Positions 1 through 12,004 of a stretch of DNA of 64,000 nucleotides are shown here, piece by piece. Source of the DNA: Candidatus Marinacidobacterales bacterium (GTDB lineage Bacteria; Acidobacteriota; Vicinamibacteria; Marinacidobacterales; DATDRI01); NCBI GenBank assembly GCA_965226495.1, contig OZ245365.1, positions 5,696,001 through 5,760,000 of the forward strand, in the 5' to 3' direction. Every line of letters begins with the position of its first letter. Positions within the stretch are counted from its first letter, which is position 1. A program made the translations under genes and the position numbers. Below the pieces are notes generated by a model. That model saw only the letters and a list, made by a program, of their open reading frames with translations, had not been told where the DNA came from and ran no database searches.

Positions 1-384
1 TTGCTTACGGTGAATGCCTTGGTGGCGGCCGACTCGGTTCTGATTCCACTGCAGTGCGAGTTCTTTGCGCTGGAGGGAGTGAGCGAGCTCATGTCCACCG
101 TCGAGAGAATTCAGCAAAGTTTCAACCCGGAGCTGACGGTCGAAGGTATCCTCTTGACGATGTTCGACGAGCGGACCAACCTCTCCGCCCAAGTCATCGA
201 AGACGTCCGGAAGCATTTCCAAGGAGCAGTCTTCGAGAGCGTCGTGCCCCGCAACATCCGGCTTGCCGAGGCCCCTTCCCATGGGCAACCGATTCTGCTG
301 TACGACATCCGATCCAAGGGAGCGGAGGCGTATTTGTCGCTCACCAAGGAGATCCTGAAGCATGAAACGCAAAGCGCTCGGTAA
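1..384 (+). CDS. parA: ParA/Soj chromosome partitioning ATPase (5' part outside window)
   Basis: NALVAADSVLIPLQCEFFALEG and PRNIRLAEAPSHG ParA motifs; overlaps parB start. Confidence 0.95.
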   Translation: MLTVNALVAADSVLIPLQCEFFALEGVSELMSTVERIQQSFNPELTVEGILLTMFDERTNLSAQVIEDVRKHFQGAVFESVVPRNIRLAEAPSHGQPILLYDIRSKGAEAYLSLTKEILKHETQSAR

Positions 385-1243
385 AGGTTTATCCGCCCTG
401 CTTCCGCAGGCTCCCGCCGGCGCCGCCGAGAATTGGGCGGAGATCGAGATCGAGCGCATCGACCCCAACCCCTTCCAGCCGCGACAGCACATGGAAGAGG
501 GGAAGCTCCGCGAGCTTTCGGAGTCACTATCCAAACAAGGGTTCATGCAACCGCTTCTCGTTCGGCGTATCGCCGGACGCTATCAACTCATTGCCGGAGA
601 ACGGCGCTGGCGAGCCGCCCGACTGGCCGGGCTCAAGAAAGTGCCTGTGGTCGTCCGGCAAGTTGAGGAATCCCAGCTCCTCGAGCTGGCACTCATCGAG
701 AACATCCAGCGAGAAGAGTTGAACCCCATCGAAGAGGCCGGTGCGTACCAGAAGCTGATTTCGGAGCTCGGTTTGTCCCAGGAGCAGGTTGCGTCGCGCG
801 TCTCCAAGGACCGATCCACCGTGGCGAACATGCTTCGGCTACTGCGCCTACCCACCGCTATACGGAAAGCCATCGCCCAGCAACAGATATCGCCCGGTCA
901 CGCCCGACCGCTGCTGGCGCTCGACGGGGCCGACGCCCAGATGGGTATTGCCCGTGAGGTCGTCGAAAAAGGACTTTCCGTTCGTGACGTCGAGCGGCGC
1001 GTGAAGGCGCTTCTCACCGAGAAGAGCCGCTCAGGGAAAAAGAAGACGAAGTCGCCGCTTGCCGATCCCAATACGCGAGCAGCCGAGGACCGGCTCCGAC
1101 AGGTTCTGGGCACCCGAGTCCGCATCCTTCGAAACGGCCGCGCCGGACGGATCGAGCTCTCGTTCCACTCCGAGGAAGACCTCAGCCGCCTCTACGAGAT
1201 GCTGCTCCGCGGAGCTCGCGCGAAGCTATCGCGCATCCGTTGA
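362..1243 (+). CDS. parB: ParB/Spo0J partition protein
   Basis: ALGKGLSALL N-terminus, PNPFQPR, LIAGERRWRAA CTP-binding motif, ENIQREELNPIEEA. Confidence 0.97.
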   Translation: MKRKALGKGLSALLPQAPAGAAENWAEIEIERIDPNPFQPRQHMEEGKLRELSESLSKQGFMQPLLVRRIAGRYQLIAGERRWRAARLAGLKKVPVVVRQVEESQLLELALIENIQREELNPIEEAGAYQKLISELGLSQEQVASRVSKDRSTVANMLRLLRLPTAIRKAIAQQQISPGHARPLLALDGADAQMGIAREVVEKGLSVRDVERRVKALLTEKSRSGKKKTKSPLADPNTRAAEDRLRQVLGTRVRILRNGRAGRIELSFHSEEDLSRLYEMLLRGARAKLSRIR

Positions 1244-1247
1244 TATC

Positions 1248-1277
1248 GCCTGCGAAAGCCTGCGAAAGCCTGCGAAA
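1248..1277. repeat. Tandem repeat (GCCTGCGAAA)x3
   Basis: Three exact 10-nt units between parB and the bactofilin gene. Confidence 0.85.
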
Positions 1278-1319
1278 GAATGTATCGTTCAATACTGTGT
1301 GCGCCGGAAAGGGGGAACA

Positions 1320-1733
1320 TTGAAACTGAAGGGTGAGGCAGCGGGAGATCTCTCCGGCTTTCTCGATAACGAGACCGATCTAACCGGCGAGCTCAACTTC
1401 AAGGACACCATGCGCATTGACGGAAAGTTCCAAGGAAGTGTCCGGACCGGCAAGAGCCTGGTGATTGGTGAGACGGCGGACGTCAATGCAGAGATCGACG
1501 TGGATGCGATCTTTATCAGTGGGAAGGTGCAGGGTAAGGTACGGGCGCGAGAACGCGTCGAGCTTCACCGGACCGCCCGGGTCGATGCCGAGCTCCACAC
1601 GAAGATCCTCGTCGTCGAGGAGGGCGCCCAGTTCGAGGGCCATTGTTCGATGAAGAGCACGACCGTAAAGAAGCCGCTCGAGCAAGCAGCAACCACACAA
1701 GGCGAAAAGAAACAAATATTCGAAGTGAAGTAA
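1320..1733 (+). CDS. Bactofilin (polymer-forming cytoskeletal protein)
   Basis: GELNFKDTMRIDGKFQG...LVVEEGAQFEGHCSM beta-helix pattern; probable TTG start at 1320 after a purine-rich RBS. Confidence 0.9.
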   Translation: MKLKGEAAGDLSGFLDNETDLTGELNFKDTMRIDGKFQGSVRTGKSLVIGETADVNAEIDVDAIFISGKVQGKVRARERVELHRTARVDAELHTKILVVEEGAQFEGHCSMKSTTVKKPLEQAATTQGEKKQIFEVK

Positions 1734-1762
1734 CGCGCAACGGGAAAGAGTTGCCGAAAGCG

Positions 1763-2812
1763 ATGAAGAAAAACAAGAGGCTAACAGAGCTAGTCACCAG
1801 TGCCGGGTGAGCGTCCAAACTGAGTCCAGTGGACCTCGCCCAGGTACTGGGAGGCTTGCCGAAAAACGAAGACCCTCGGGTACTGGCCGATTATCGTGAG
1901 GCCAGCGACGCCGGGGTGTATCTTCTGGACGGTGAGGACGGGAGCGACGCTCTCGTTCAGACCGTAGATTTCTTCACTCCGATTGTCGACGACCCATACG
2001 TCTACGGTGCGGCGACGGCCGCCAACTCTTTGTCCGATCTCTACGCCATGGCCGCCACTCCGATGACGGCTCTCTCGATCGTCGGGTTCCCTAAAGCGGG
2101 CGTCGATTTTTCGATTCTCGCCGAGATACTTCGGGGTGGACACGACAAGCTCCACGAAGCGGGGGCGGTACTGCTCGGTGGCCATACCGTGCAGGATCCC
2201 GAGATTAAACTCGGTTATGCGGTAACGGGCAGAGTAAAGCGGGATGCGCTGGTTCGCAATGGTGGTGCACGGATGGGCGATCTACTCTATCTCACCAAGC
2301 CGATTGGCACCGGCGTTCTCTCTACCGCTCTCAAGAAAAGGAAGCTCAGCGACGACGCGGTCGCGGCCCTTCATCGGAACCTCGTTACCCTCAACCGAGC
2401 CGCCTCCGACGCGATGCGGGAGATCGGGGTTTCCTCCGCGACCGATATTACGGGCTTTGGTCTGCTCGGTCACGCGGCGGAGATGGCGCGAGCGAGCTCG
2501 GCGGCTCTCGAAATAGAAGCCGTATCAGTACCGCTACTGCCCGAGGCGATCCATCATCAGAAGAAAGGCCACGTGACCGGAGGGCTGGAGACGAATCGCA
2601 GCTACGTCGAGGACGTCCTCGAGATTGCCGGCCAGGTCGATCGCCATCTGTTGGACTTACTACTGGATCCGCAGACTTCGGGGGGACTTCTCATTGCCGT
2701 TCCCGAGGCGAAGGACGAACCCTTCCGGCAAGCGCTCACCGCCAAGAAGACCGCGGCGGCCAGGATCGGTCGTGTCGTTTCGGAGGAGGCGGCGAAGATC
2801 GTCGTTGTTTGA
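1763..2812 (+). CDS. selD: Selenide, water dikinase (selenophosphate synthetase), selenocysteine-containing
   Basis: ATG at 1763 is in frame with ORF 1829..2812 through TGA at 1808-1810, giving RLTELVTSAG-U-ASKLSP; QTVDFFTPIVDDP, TDITGFGLLGH, DPQTSGGLL motifs. Confidence 0.93.
1834..1854 (+). promoter_or_regulatory. Candidate SECIS hairpin downstream of the selD UGA
   Basis: CCTCGCCCAG-GTA-CTGGGAGG can fold with a G-containing apical loop about 33 nt after the UGA. Confidence 0.45.
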
Positions 2813-3081
2813 GTTTCCAGTCCTCGAGCGGCACGTCCTTTCAGACTCCACACTAAGAGCCGCGGCTTGCAGTTCGTGTCGGGCGTCAAAATGGCGGGTT
2901 GCTCGTAGTTAGGCTAGCCAGACCCTCGTAGTTCTTGCTGGGCGTCCAGTTGGCGTACTGATAAGTTCCTGCTAGCCGCCCAAACACCTGGTTGCCAATC
3001 CCAAGCTAGCCAGGCGGCGGGCGGCGCTATCGGTCGCGGGAGGACGCCGGTTAAGTCTCGCCCTTTAAAGGGCTCGTTTCG

Positions 3082-3110
3082 TTGACGGAGCCCTTTCGGC
3101 GTGTTATCTT
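3082..3110 (+). promoter_or_regulatory. Sigma70-type promoter for the atp operon
   Basis: TTGACG-17 nt-TATCTT with TG in the extended -10 position; -35 bracketed by inverted repeat AAAGGGCTC/GAGCCCTTT. Confidence 0.6.
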
Positions 3111-3181
3111 TAAAGGCTTTGTGCGGCTCATATCGCACAAATCTCAAGATAGTTTAGGAAGAAGTTGGCTAGGAGCTAGGG

Positions 3182-3610
3182 TTGATCAGTGTCGATTTTT
3201 CCGCCCTCATCATTACAGCACTCGTTTTTACCCTTGTCCTGGTGCTCGGCCGATTCTTCTTCCAGCCTCTTGCCGGCGCGATGGAAGAGCGCCAAAACCG
3301 GATCGACGCTGCGGAGAACATACGTGCCGAAACGATGAAGGAGGTCGAGGAGATCCTTGCCACCCACCGCGAAGCCATGAGCCACGCCCGCGACGAGGGC
3401 TATCAGGTTCTGGATACGGCTCGGTCGGCTGGTCAAGCGGAAGCGGATCGCCACTTCGGCGCCGAGCGTGAGAAGACACTCCAGGACATGGCGCGAGCGC
3501 GAGAGGAGCTTCGACAGCAGGGCGAAGCAGCACTCAGGTCCCTCGAGTCCGAATCCGATCGGTTGGCTTCGGAGATCGCTTCGCGCATCCTTGGGAGGAA
3601 AGTGGCTTGA
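3182..3610 (+). CDS. atpF2: ATP synthase F0 subunit b'
   Basis: N-terminal TM helix followed by charged coiled coil; first gene of atp cluster. Confidence 0.85.
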   Translation: MISVDFSALIITALVFTLVLVLGRFFFQPLAGAMEERQNRIDAAENIRAETMKEVEEILATHREAMSHARDEGYQVLDTARSAGQAEADRHFGAEREKTLQDMARAREELRQQGEAALRSLESESDRLASEIASRILGRKVA

Positions 3611-4170
3611 AGCTGCGGTTCATTGTCCTCGGCGTTCTTGCCTTTCTTATCGGAGGATCTGGAATAGCCGAGGCCGCATCCGGGGAAGGCGGGCACGGAC
3701 TGGATTTTCTTATCCGTGTGATCAACTTCGCAATTCTGGCTGGTGCTTTGGTATATCTGTTGAAGAAACCGCTCGGCAATTACCTCGAGGCAAAAACCGA
3801 CCAGATCCGACAAGACCTGGCGGAAGCGGCCGGGAAGCGAGAGCGGGCGGAGACCGAACGCAAGGAAGCGAAGGCCCGTCTAGAAGGACTGGACCAGGAG
3901 ATCGCGGAAGCGCGAAAGAAGGGGTTATCCGAGGCGGAGGCGGAGCGTCTACGGATCCTGGAGGCCGCAAAGGCCGACGCGATGCGTCTTGCAGAGCATG
4001 CCAAGACGGAGCTCGCGGATGAGCTCGAGCTGGCGCGCCGGAAGCTGACGGCCCGTGCCGCGGAGCTATCGGTGGAGGTGGCGCGCAAGAAGATCGGCGA
4101 GCAGATAGGCGACGACGACCGCCGTCGGCTCTTCGAAAAAGGTCTGGAGAAACTAGGAGAGGTGCGGTGA
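3607..4170 (+). CDS. atpF: ATP synthase F0 subunit b
   Basis: RVINFAILAGALVYLLKKP motif, coiled coil, position in cluster. Confidence 0.9.
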   Translation: MKLRFIVLGVLAFLIGGSGIAEAASGEGGHGLDFLIRVINFAILAGALVYLLKKPLGNYLEAKTDQIRQDLAEAAGKRERAETERKEAKARLEGLDQEIAEARKKGLSEAEAERLRILEAAKADAMRLAEHAKTELADELELARRKLTARAAELSVEVARKKIGEQIGDDDRRRLFEKGLEKLGEVR

Positions 4171-4727
4171 AACTTTCCGGGGAAGCGCTGGTAGTCGCCA
4201 ACCGCTACGCGAAAGCCCTGTTTCAGGTGGTGCTCGAAAAGAAGGCAGACGCGGAGCGGATTGATCGTGAGCTACGAGACGTTTCCGCCTTGCTCGAGGC
4301 CAACCCCGAGCTCGATAGGACGCTGGGGAGTCCGGCCGTCGTTTCGTCGAAACGCGTCGCGATCGTAAAGCAACTATTCGGCAAGAAGAAATTGAGCCGC
4401 ACCACGATGAATCTTCTCGAAGTCATGACCGCCAAAGAGCGGATGCCGATCCTTCCCATGGTGCGGACAGCCTATCGCCGACAGGTGGACGAGCACGAGA
4501 AGGTCGAGAACGCGGAAGTGTTATCTTCCTACGCGCTCTCCAAGAAGGAAGAGAAGGCGCTGATCGGAAGGCTAAGCGAGATCACCGGGAAGACCGTACG
4601 CGCCGAGTTTAGTACCGACCCCGAGCTCGTGGGGGGACTCATCATCAAGATCGGTAACCTGATTTACGACTCGAGCGTGACGACCCAGTTGGTGCGATTC
4701 AAGGAGCGTCTGCTCTCGACGCATTGA
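4167..4727 (+). CDS. atpH: ATP synthase delta subunit
   Basis: VANRYAKALF and DPELVGGLIIKIG...YDSSV motifs. Confidence 0.95.
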   Translation: MKLSGEALVVANRYAKALFQVVLEKKADAERIDRELRDVSALLEANPELDRTLGSPAVVSSKRVAIVKQLFGKKKLSRTTMNLLEVMTAKERMPILPMVRTAYRRQVDEHEKVENAEVLSSYALSKKEEKALIGRLSEITGKTVRAEFSTDPELVGGLIIKIGNLIYDSSVTTQLVRFKERLLSTH

Positions 4728-4817
4728 GTTTGGAAGTTCTTCAAAACCGGCGTCTGGCCAGCTAGATGACTAGCACCATCGTTTGTTGACGCCAAACATA
4801 ACGAGGTCAAGGAGTTC

Positions 4818-6347
4818 ATGGAGATCAAAGCGGACGAGATAACAAAGGTCCTTAGAGAGCAGATCGGAGAGTACGAAGCCGGTGTCGATGTCTCAGAGGT
4901 TGGCACCGTCGTTTCGGCTGGCGACGGGATTGCGCGCGTCTACGGACTCGAGCGAGTAATGTACGGGGAGCTGGTCGAGCTACCTGACGAGGTCTTCGGT
5001 CTGGCGATGAACCTCGAAGAGGAGTCGGTCAGCTTGGTGCTTTTCGGTGACACCACCCACATCAAGGAAGGCGATACCGCGAAGCGGACCGGGCGGATTC
5101 TCCAGGTGCCGGTAGGGGATGCCATGGTCGGTCGCGTCGTCGACGCGCTCGGTCGACCAGTAGATGGCAAGGGGCCGATCCTGACTAAGGAGTTCAATCC
5201 CGTCGAACGCGTTGCCGCCGGCGTCGTGGAGCGCCAGCCGGTGAAGGAGCCGCTACAAACCGGCATCAAGGCCATCGACGCGATGATCCCCATCGGTCGT
5301 GGGCAGCGGGAGCTCATCATTGGTGACCGGCAAACCGGAAAGACCGCCATTGCAGTGGACGCGATCATCAACCAAAAGGGCAAAGGTGTCATTTGTATCT
5401 ACGTTGCAGTGGGCCAGAAGCAATCCACGGTGGCTCAGGTGGTGAGGACGCTCGAGGAGCACGGCGCCATGGAGCACAGCATCATCGTGGTGGCAGCGGC
5501 CTCCGATCCGGCATCGCTTCAGTACATCGCACCCTACGCCGGTTGCGCCATGGGCGAGCACTTTCTCTTCAAGGGTGAACACGCACTGTGCATCTACGAC
5601 GATCTATCGAAACATGCTGCCGCCTACCGTGAGATTTCACTGTTGCTCCGGCGTCCACCGGGACGCGAGGCCTATCCGGGCGACGTCTTCTATCTCCACT
5701 CCCGGTTATTGGAGCGCGCAGTGAAGCTGAGCGATGATCTAGGCGGCGGCTCGCTGACCGCTTTCCCGTTCATCGAGACGCAGGCCGGGGACATCTCGGC
5801 CTACGTGCCGACCAACGTCATTTCCATCACCGACGGACAAATCTACCTAGAGTCCGACCTCTTCCATTCAGGCGTTCGCCCTGCGGTCAACGTCGGTAAC
5901 TCCGTCAGTCGTGTAGGAGGTTCGGCGCAGATCCGAGCGATGCGACAGGTGGCGGGAACGATGCGGCTCGATCTGGCCCAGTACCGCGAGATGGCTGCCT
6001 TCGCGCAATTCGGGTCCGATCTCGACAAGGCGACGCAGGCGCAGCTGGCCAAGGGTGAGCGCTTGGTGGAGATCCTGAAACAGGACCAGTACCAACCGCT
6101 GCCGGTCGGAAAGCAAATCGCGGCCATCTTTGCCGCCAATAACGGTTTCCTGGATGACCTGCCGGTGTCGGAGTGCCGCGCGTTCGAGGCGGGACTCAAC
6201 AAGTTTCTCGACGATCGGCATCCCGGAATTCTGGCCGCCATCGACGAAAAGAAAAAGTTGGACGACGACCTGACGAAAGAGCTCTCCCAGGCGATCACGA
6301 ACTTCAAAGAAGAATATAAGTCTTCCAAAGAGGAATCGGCGGCCTAG
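4818..6347 (+). CDS. atpA: ATP synthase alpha subunit
   Basis: GDRQTGKT Walker [24 protein letters not shown]. Confidence 0.99.
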   Translation: MEIKADEITKVLREQIGEYEAGVDVSEVGTVVSAGDGIARVYGLERVMYGELVELPDEVFGLAMNLEEESVSLVLFGDTTHIKEGDTAKRTGRILQVPVGDAMVGRVVDALGRPVDGKGPILTKEFNPVERVAAGVVERQPVKEPLQTGIKAIDAMIPIGRGQRELIIGDRQTGKTAIAVDAIINQKGKGVICIYVAVGQKQSTVAQVVRTLEEHGAMEHSIIVVAAASDPASLQYIAPYAGCAMGEHFLFKGEHALCIYDDLSKHAAAYREISLLLRRPPGREAYPGDVFYLHSRLLERAVKLSDDLGGGSLTAFPFIETQAGDISAYVPTNVISITDGQIYLESDLFHSGVRPAVNVGNSVSRVGGSAQIRAMRQVAGTMRLDLAQYREMAAFAQFGSDLDKATQAQLAKGERLVEILKQDQYQPLPVGKQIAAIFAANNGFLDDLPVSECRAFEAGLNKFLDDRHPGILAAIDEKKKLDDDLTKELSQAITNFKEEYKSSKEESAA

Positions 6348-6388
6348 CTAAGCCCAGCTAAGCCCGGCTAAGAAAGCACGCACCGAGA

Positions 6389-8702
<2,314 letters not shown>

Positions 8703-8715
8703 TGGCCGTGTTTTT

Positions 8716-8768
8716 CGCCCGAGCGTGAGCGAGGGCGGCGAGTGGGGGTGGGGCCCCACGAGCACTAA
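8716..8768. repeat. Short GC-rich palindromic intergenic element
   Basis: CGCCCGAGCGTGAGCGAGGGCG hairpin plus GTGGGGCCCCAC palindrome between atpD and atpC. Confidence 0.45.
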
Positions 8769-8789
8769 TCTATTTCCGAGAACTAACTC

Positions 8790-9218
8790 ATGCCCAACCA
8801 AATCGAATTCGAAATCGTGACCCCCGAGGGAGTCTCCGTCCGCGAGGCCGTCGACGAGGTGGAAGCACCTGGCAAGGAGGGGTACTTCGGGGTGCTTCCC
8901 GGGCATACGCCGTTTTTGACTCAGCTGAAGGCCGGCACCGTCCGCTACCGTGTCGGAAAAGAAGAGCACCTGGTGAGCGTGACCTGGGGTTTCGCCGAGG
9001 TCCTTCCGTACAAAGTCACTTTGCTGGTCAGCACCGCCGAGCGCGCTGAAGACATCGATCTCCAAAGGGCAGAAACGGCTGGCGAGCGTGCGCACGAGCG
9101 CCTGGAAGAGTTCGGCGTTGCCTACGAGGTAGATAAGATACGCGAGGCTCGCGAGGCGTCGGAGCGGGCGCAGGCCCGATTGGATACCGCCCGGCGGGCG
9201 AACAAGGAGGGGCACTAG
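8790..9218 (+). CDS. atpC: ATP synthase epsilon subunit
   Basis: EIVTPE, GYFGVLPGHTP, GFAEV motifs. Confidence 0.97.
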   Translation: MPNQIEFEIVTPEGVSVREAVDEVEAPGKEGYFGVLPGHTPFLTQLKAGTVRYRVGKEEHLVSVTWGFAEVLPYKVTLLVSTAERAEDIDLQRAETAGERAHERLEEFGVAYEVDKIREAREASERAQARLDTARRANKEGH

Positions 9219-9341
9219 CCTTCTCCGAGACCTTCTCCAGAACCCGCACGTCGAGCGAGTCCAATAACACGTTGGTAGCGCGTTGGTAACGCACTGGCAG
9301 TAACCACGATTCCCCCTCTCGCCGCGGGAGACGACCTGACG

Positions 9342-9527
9342 GTAGGAAAGGCACGGCTCTTGTTCGAAGGCCGCTGGTATGCTGGCAGCGCCGTTGCCAA
9401 CTACGACGTGACTCCGGAGGGCGCCCGATTTCTTATGATGCAGACGACGGAAGCCGATACCCCGACCCAGGTCAACGTGATTTTGCATTGGTTCGACGAG
9501 CTGGCGAAAAGGCTCGGGCCTTCTTGA
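9342..9527 (+). pseudogene. Orphan C-terminal fragment of a Ser/Thr kinase-beta-propeller (PD40-type) protein
   Basis: Reads VGKARLLFEGRW...NYDVTPEGARFLMM...QVNVILHWFDELAKRLGPS*, no upstream body. Confidence 0.65.
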
Positions 9528-9552
9528 AGACTCCGCGAAGTTTGGGTACAAT
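9524..9552 (+). promoter_or_regulatory. Sigma70-type promoter for the MATE gene
   Basis: TTGAAG-17 nt-TACAAT. Confidence 0.55.
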
Positions 9553-9719
9553 TTAGCTCTTATGCACACCTCCAACTGACACTTGGGCAACGCGCCCGAG
9601 TGTCTCGACGCGGCAACCGGAGCTACCTTTCCGCGCTCCCCGACCGACCCCGTTCTCTCAACTTTTTAGTAATTCGTTAGAGAGTGCTACTTGTAGCGCT
9701 TCTCGAGTGATGGAACATT

Positions 9720-11160
9720 TTGGAGCAAGAAAAATTGAAACCGAATGAACAGGCCCGAGAGGCCGAGGCAGCGGAGGAACCGGGCTTTTGGGCTTCGGTA
9801 CAGGAGTCTCTCAGGGGAACCGAGACGGACTTCACCAAAGGAAGCCTGAACCGCGCGGTCGGGCTTCTCGCTGTTCCGATGGTTTTGGAGATGGCGGGGG
9901 AGTCGGTCTTCGCGGTCTGCGATGCCTTTTTTCGTCGCGCGCCTCGGATCCCATGCTCTCGCCGCAGTGGGGCTTACCGAATCCTTGCTCGAGTTCATCT
10001 ACGCCGTTGCGGTGGGGCTCAGCATGGCTACGACGGCCATGGTGGCCCGCCGCACCGGCGAGAAAGACCGGCGCGGGGCCGCACGAGCCGGGGTCCAGGC
10101 CATCGTCGTCGGAATCCTGACCGCGGTTATCTTCGGCATTGCGGGCGCCATTTTTGCGCCACGGCTTCTCGGGTTGATGGGGGCGGCACCTCAGACAGTG
10201 GAGATGGGAACCACGTACACGCGAGTGATGTACGCTGGAATGATCACCGTCCTGCTGCTCTTTCTGAACAACGCGATCTACCGGGGTGTGGGCGACGCCG
10301 CGACCGCGATGCGGGCGCTTTGGATCGCGAACGCCATCAACCTTGTCCTGGACCCTTGTTTGATCTTCGGTCTCGGCCCCTTCCCGGAGCTCGGTCTGAT
10401 GGGAGCGGCGGTGGCGACGACCATCGGGCGCAGCACCGGAGTGCTTTACCAGTTCTGGTGATTCCGGAGGAGCAAGCGTCTCAAGATGACTCGTGAAGAT
10501 GTCGCGATCGACTGGGACGTGATCGTTCGACTGCTCCGCCTATCTGCTGGAGGCGTGGGCCAGATGCTCATCGCCACCGCGAGCTACGTCGGACTCATCC
10601 GTATACTCGCCACATTCGGAAGCACCGTACTCGCCGGATACGTAATCTCCATTCGCATCGTTATCTTTGTCATTCTTCCGTCGTGGGGCTTGAGCAACGC
10701 TGCCGCAACGCTGGTGGGACAAAACTTGGGGGCTCGAAAACCCGAGCGGGCAGAGCGCGCGGTGTGGTTGACCGGGATGTGGAACACGATGTTTATGGCA
10801 GTGGTCACTGTGGTGCTTCTGATTTTTGCACCCGAGATCATACGCGTCTTCACAAGCGACTCCGAAGTGTCATCGCTCGGAATCCAGAGCCTGCGCATCA
10901 TCAGTTGCGGTTACGTGTTCTACGCATGGGGCATGGTCATGATGCAAGCATTCAACGGGGCAGGTGACACCGCGACGCCGACGTGGATCAACTTCTTTTG
11001 TTTTTGGCTATTTCAGATCCCGTTGGCCTATGTTCTGGCGAAACCCCTAGGTGTGGGGCCGGCGGGCGTCTTCATTTCCATCGCGGTTTCGTACTCGTTA
11101 TCCGCGTTCGTGGGAATCGTCCTGTTTCGTCGTGGTAAGTGGAAACAAAAGACGGTGTGA
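9720..11160 (+). pseudogene. MATE family efflux transporter, interrupted
   Basis: MATE sequence split over three ORFs: frameshift in the T6 run near 9927-9932 and in-frame TGA at 10459-10461. Confidence 0.85.
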
Positions 11161-11172
11161 AGAGCGCCTGGA

Positions 11173-11931
11173 CTAAGGGGCGCGTTGCGTGGCGACGCCG
11201 TCGCTCGCATCCAAAACGAGCGTTGCGTCGAGGTCTTCCCGGCGAAGAGTTCCGAAGGCGAACATCGTGTAGGTCGCGTTTCTCGCCAGTCCATAGGGCA
11301 CGACTGGCAGTAGGGCTTCCTTCGTTCCTGTACGGCGCACCTCCAAAGGGTAGTTGCCGGCGTCGAGATTCCGATAGGGCGCTTGTTCTAGGTACTCGAC
11401 ACGACGTACTAAGGCGTTTCGGCGATTCTCCCAAAGGCCGAGAGGCGACGGAAAGTCCGACATCGCGTTGATGAGGCGTATCCGTGCTCGTTCCCCGCTC
11501 GGTGCGAGATCGTCTTGGATGTCGGTCACCCTGAGCGTGCGGGTGTCCACCAAGCCGGAGGCAATGATGGTCACCGCGTCCATCGGACCGATGTCGAAAG
11601 GTGTCTCGAGATCGACGGTACGCGGGTCGACGCCAGACTTTGGCGGGGGTATGAAAACGATGCGATGGGATCCCGGCTCGATGCGCTGGTAGCTCGTCAC
11701 CGCCGGGTAGCTGAGCCGCTCACGAAAGATCCTTCCGTCGAGACGGACTCTAGATCCGTTCAGATCCGAGCTCAGGTTTGCGACGCGGAGCCAAGTACCG
11801 GAGAAGGTTCCGACGATAGATGTGGGGTCTGACGGCCCGGTCACGTCTGGCGTGTCATCCCCGCCGTTGCACGAAAGCGGGAGCACCGTCGCAAGAACAA
11901 GGGACCACCCTCGCAGGTATTGTTTCCTCAT
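11173..11931 (-). CDS. DUF4397-like lipoprotein
   Basis: Lipobox LSC; two repeats of the ARIRLINA...YTMFAFG type. Confidence 0.7.
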   Translation of the reverse strand: MRKQYLRGWSLVLATVLPLSCNGGDDTPDVTGPSDPTSIVGTFSGTWLRVANLSSDLNGSRVRLDGRIFRERLSYPAVTSYQRIEPGSHRIVFIPPPKSGVDPRTVDLETPFDIGPMDAVTIIASGLVDTRTLRVTDIQDDLAPSGERARIRLINAMSDFPSPLGLWENRRNALVRRVEYLEQAPYRNLDAGNYPLEVRRTGTKEALLPVVPYGLARNATYTMFAFGTLRREDLDATLVLDASDGVATQRAP

Positions 11932-12004
11932 TGGGAGTCCATTCTATCGGATGAGTCCAACTGTGAGGTATTGAAAAAAGGAAAGTTGTAAAACTGGGGG
12001 GCCG

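Noticed and set aside
1-3180. parS or oriC near parAB
   Set aside because: No TGTTTCACGTGAAACA-like palindrome or DnaA-box cluster was seen.
10459-10461. In-frame UGA in the MATE gene as a possible selenocysteine
   Set aside because: Not a redox or Cys-type position, no convincing SECIS, and the gene also has a frameshift; a nonsense lesion is simpler.
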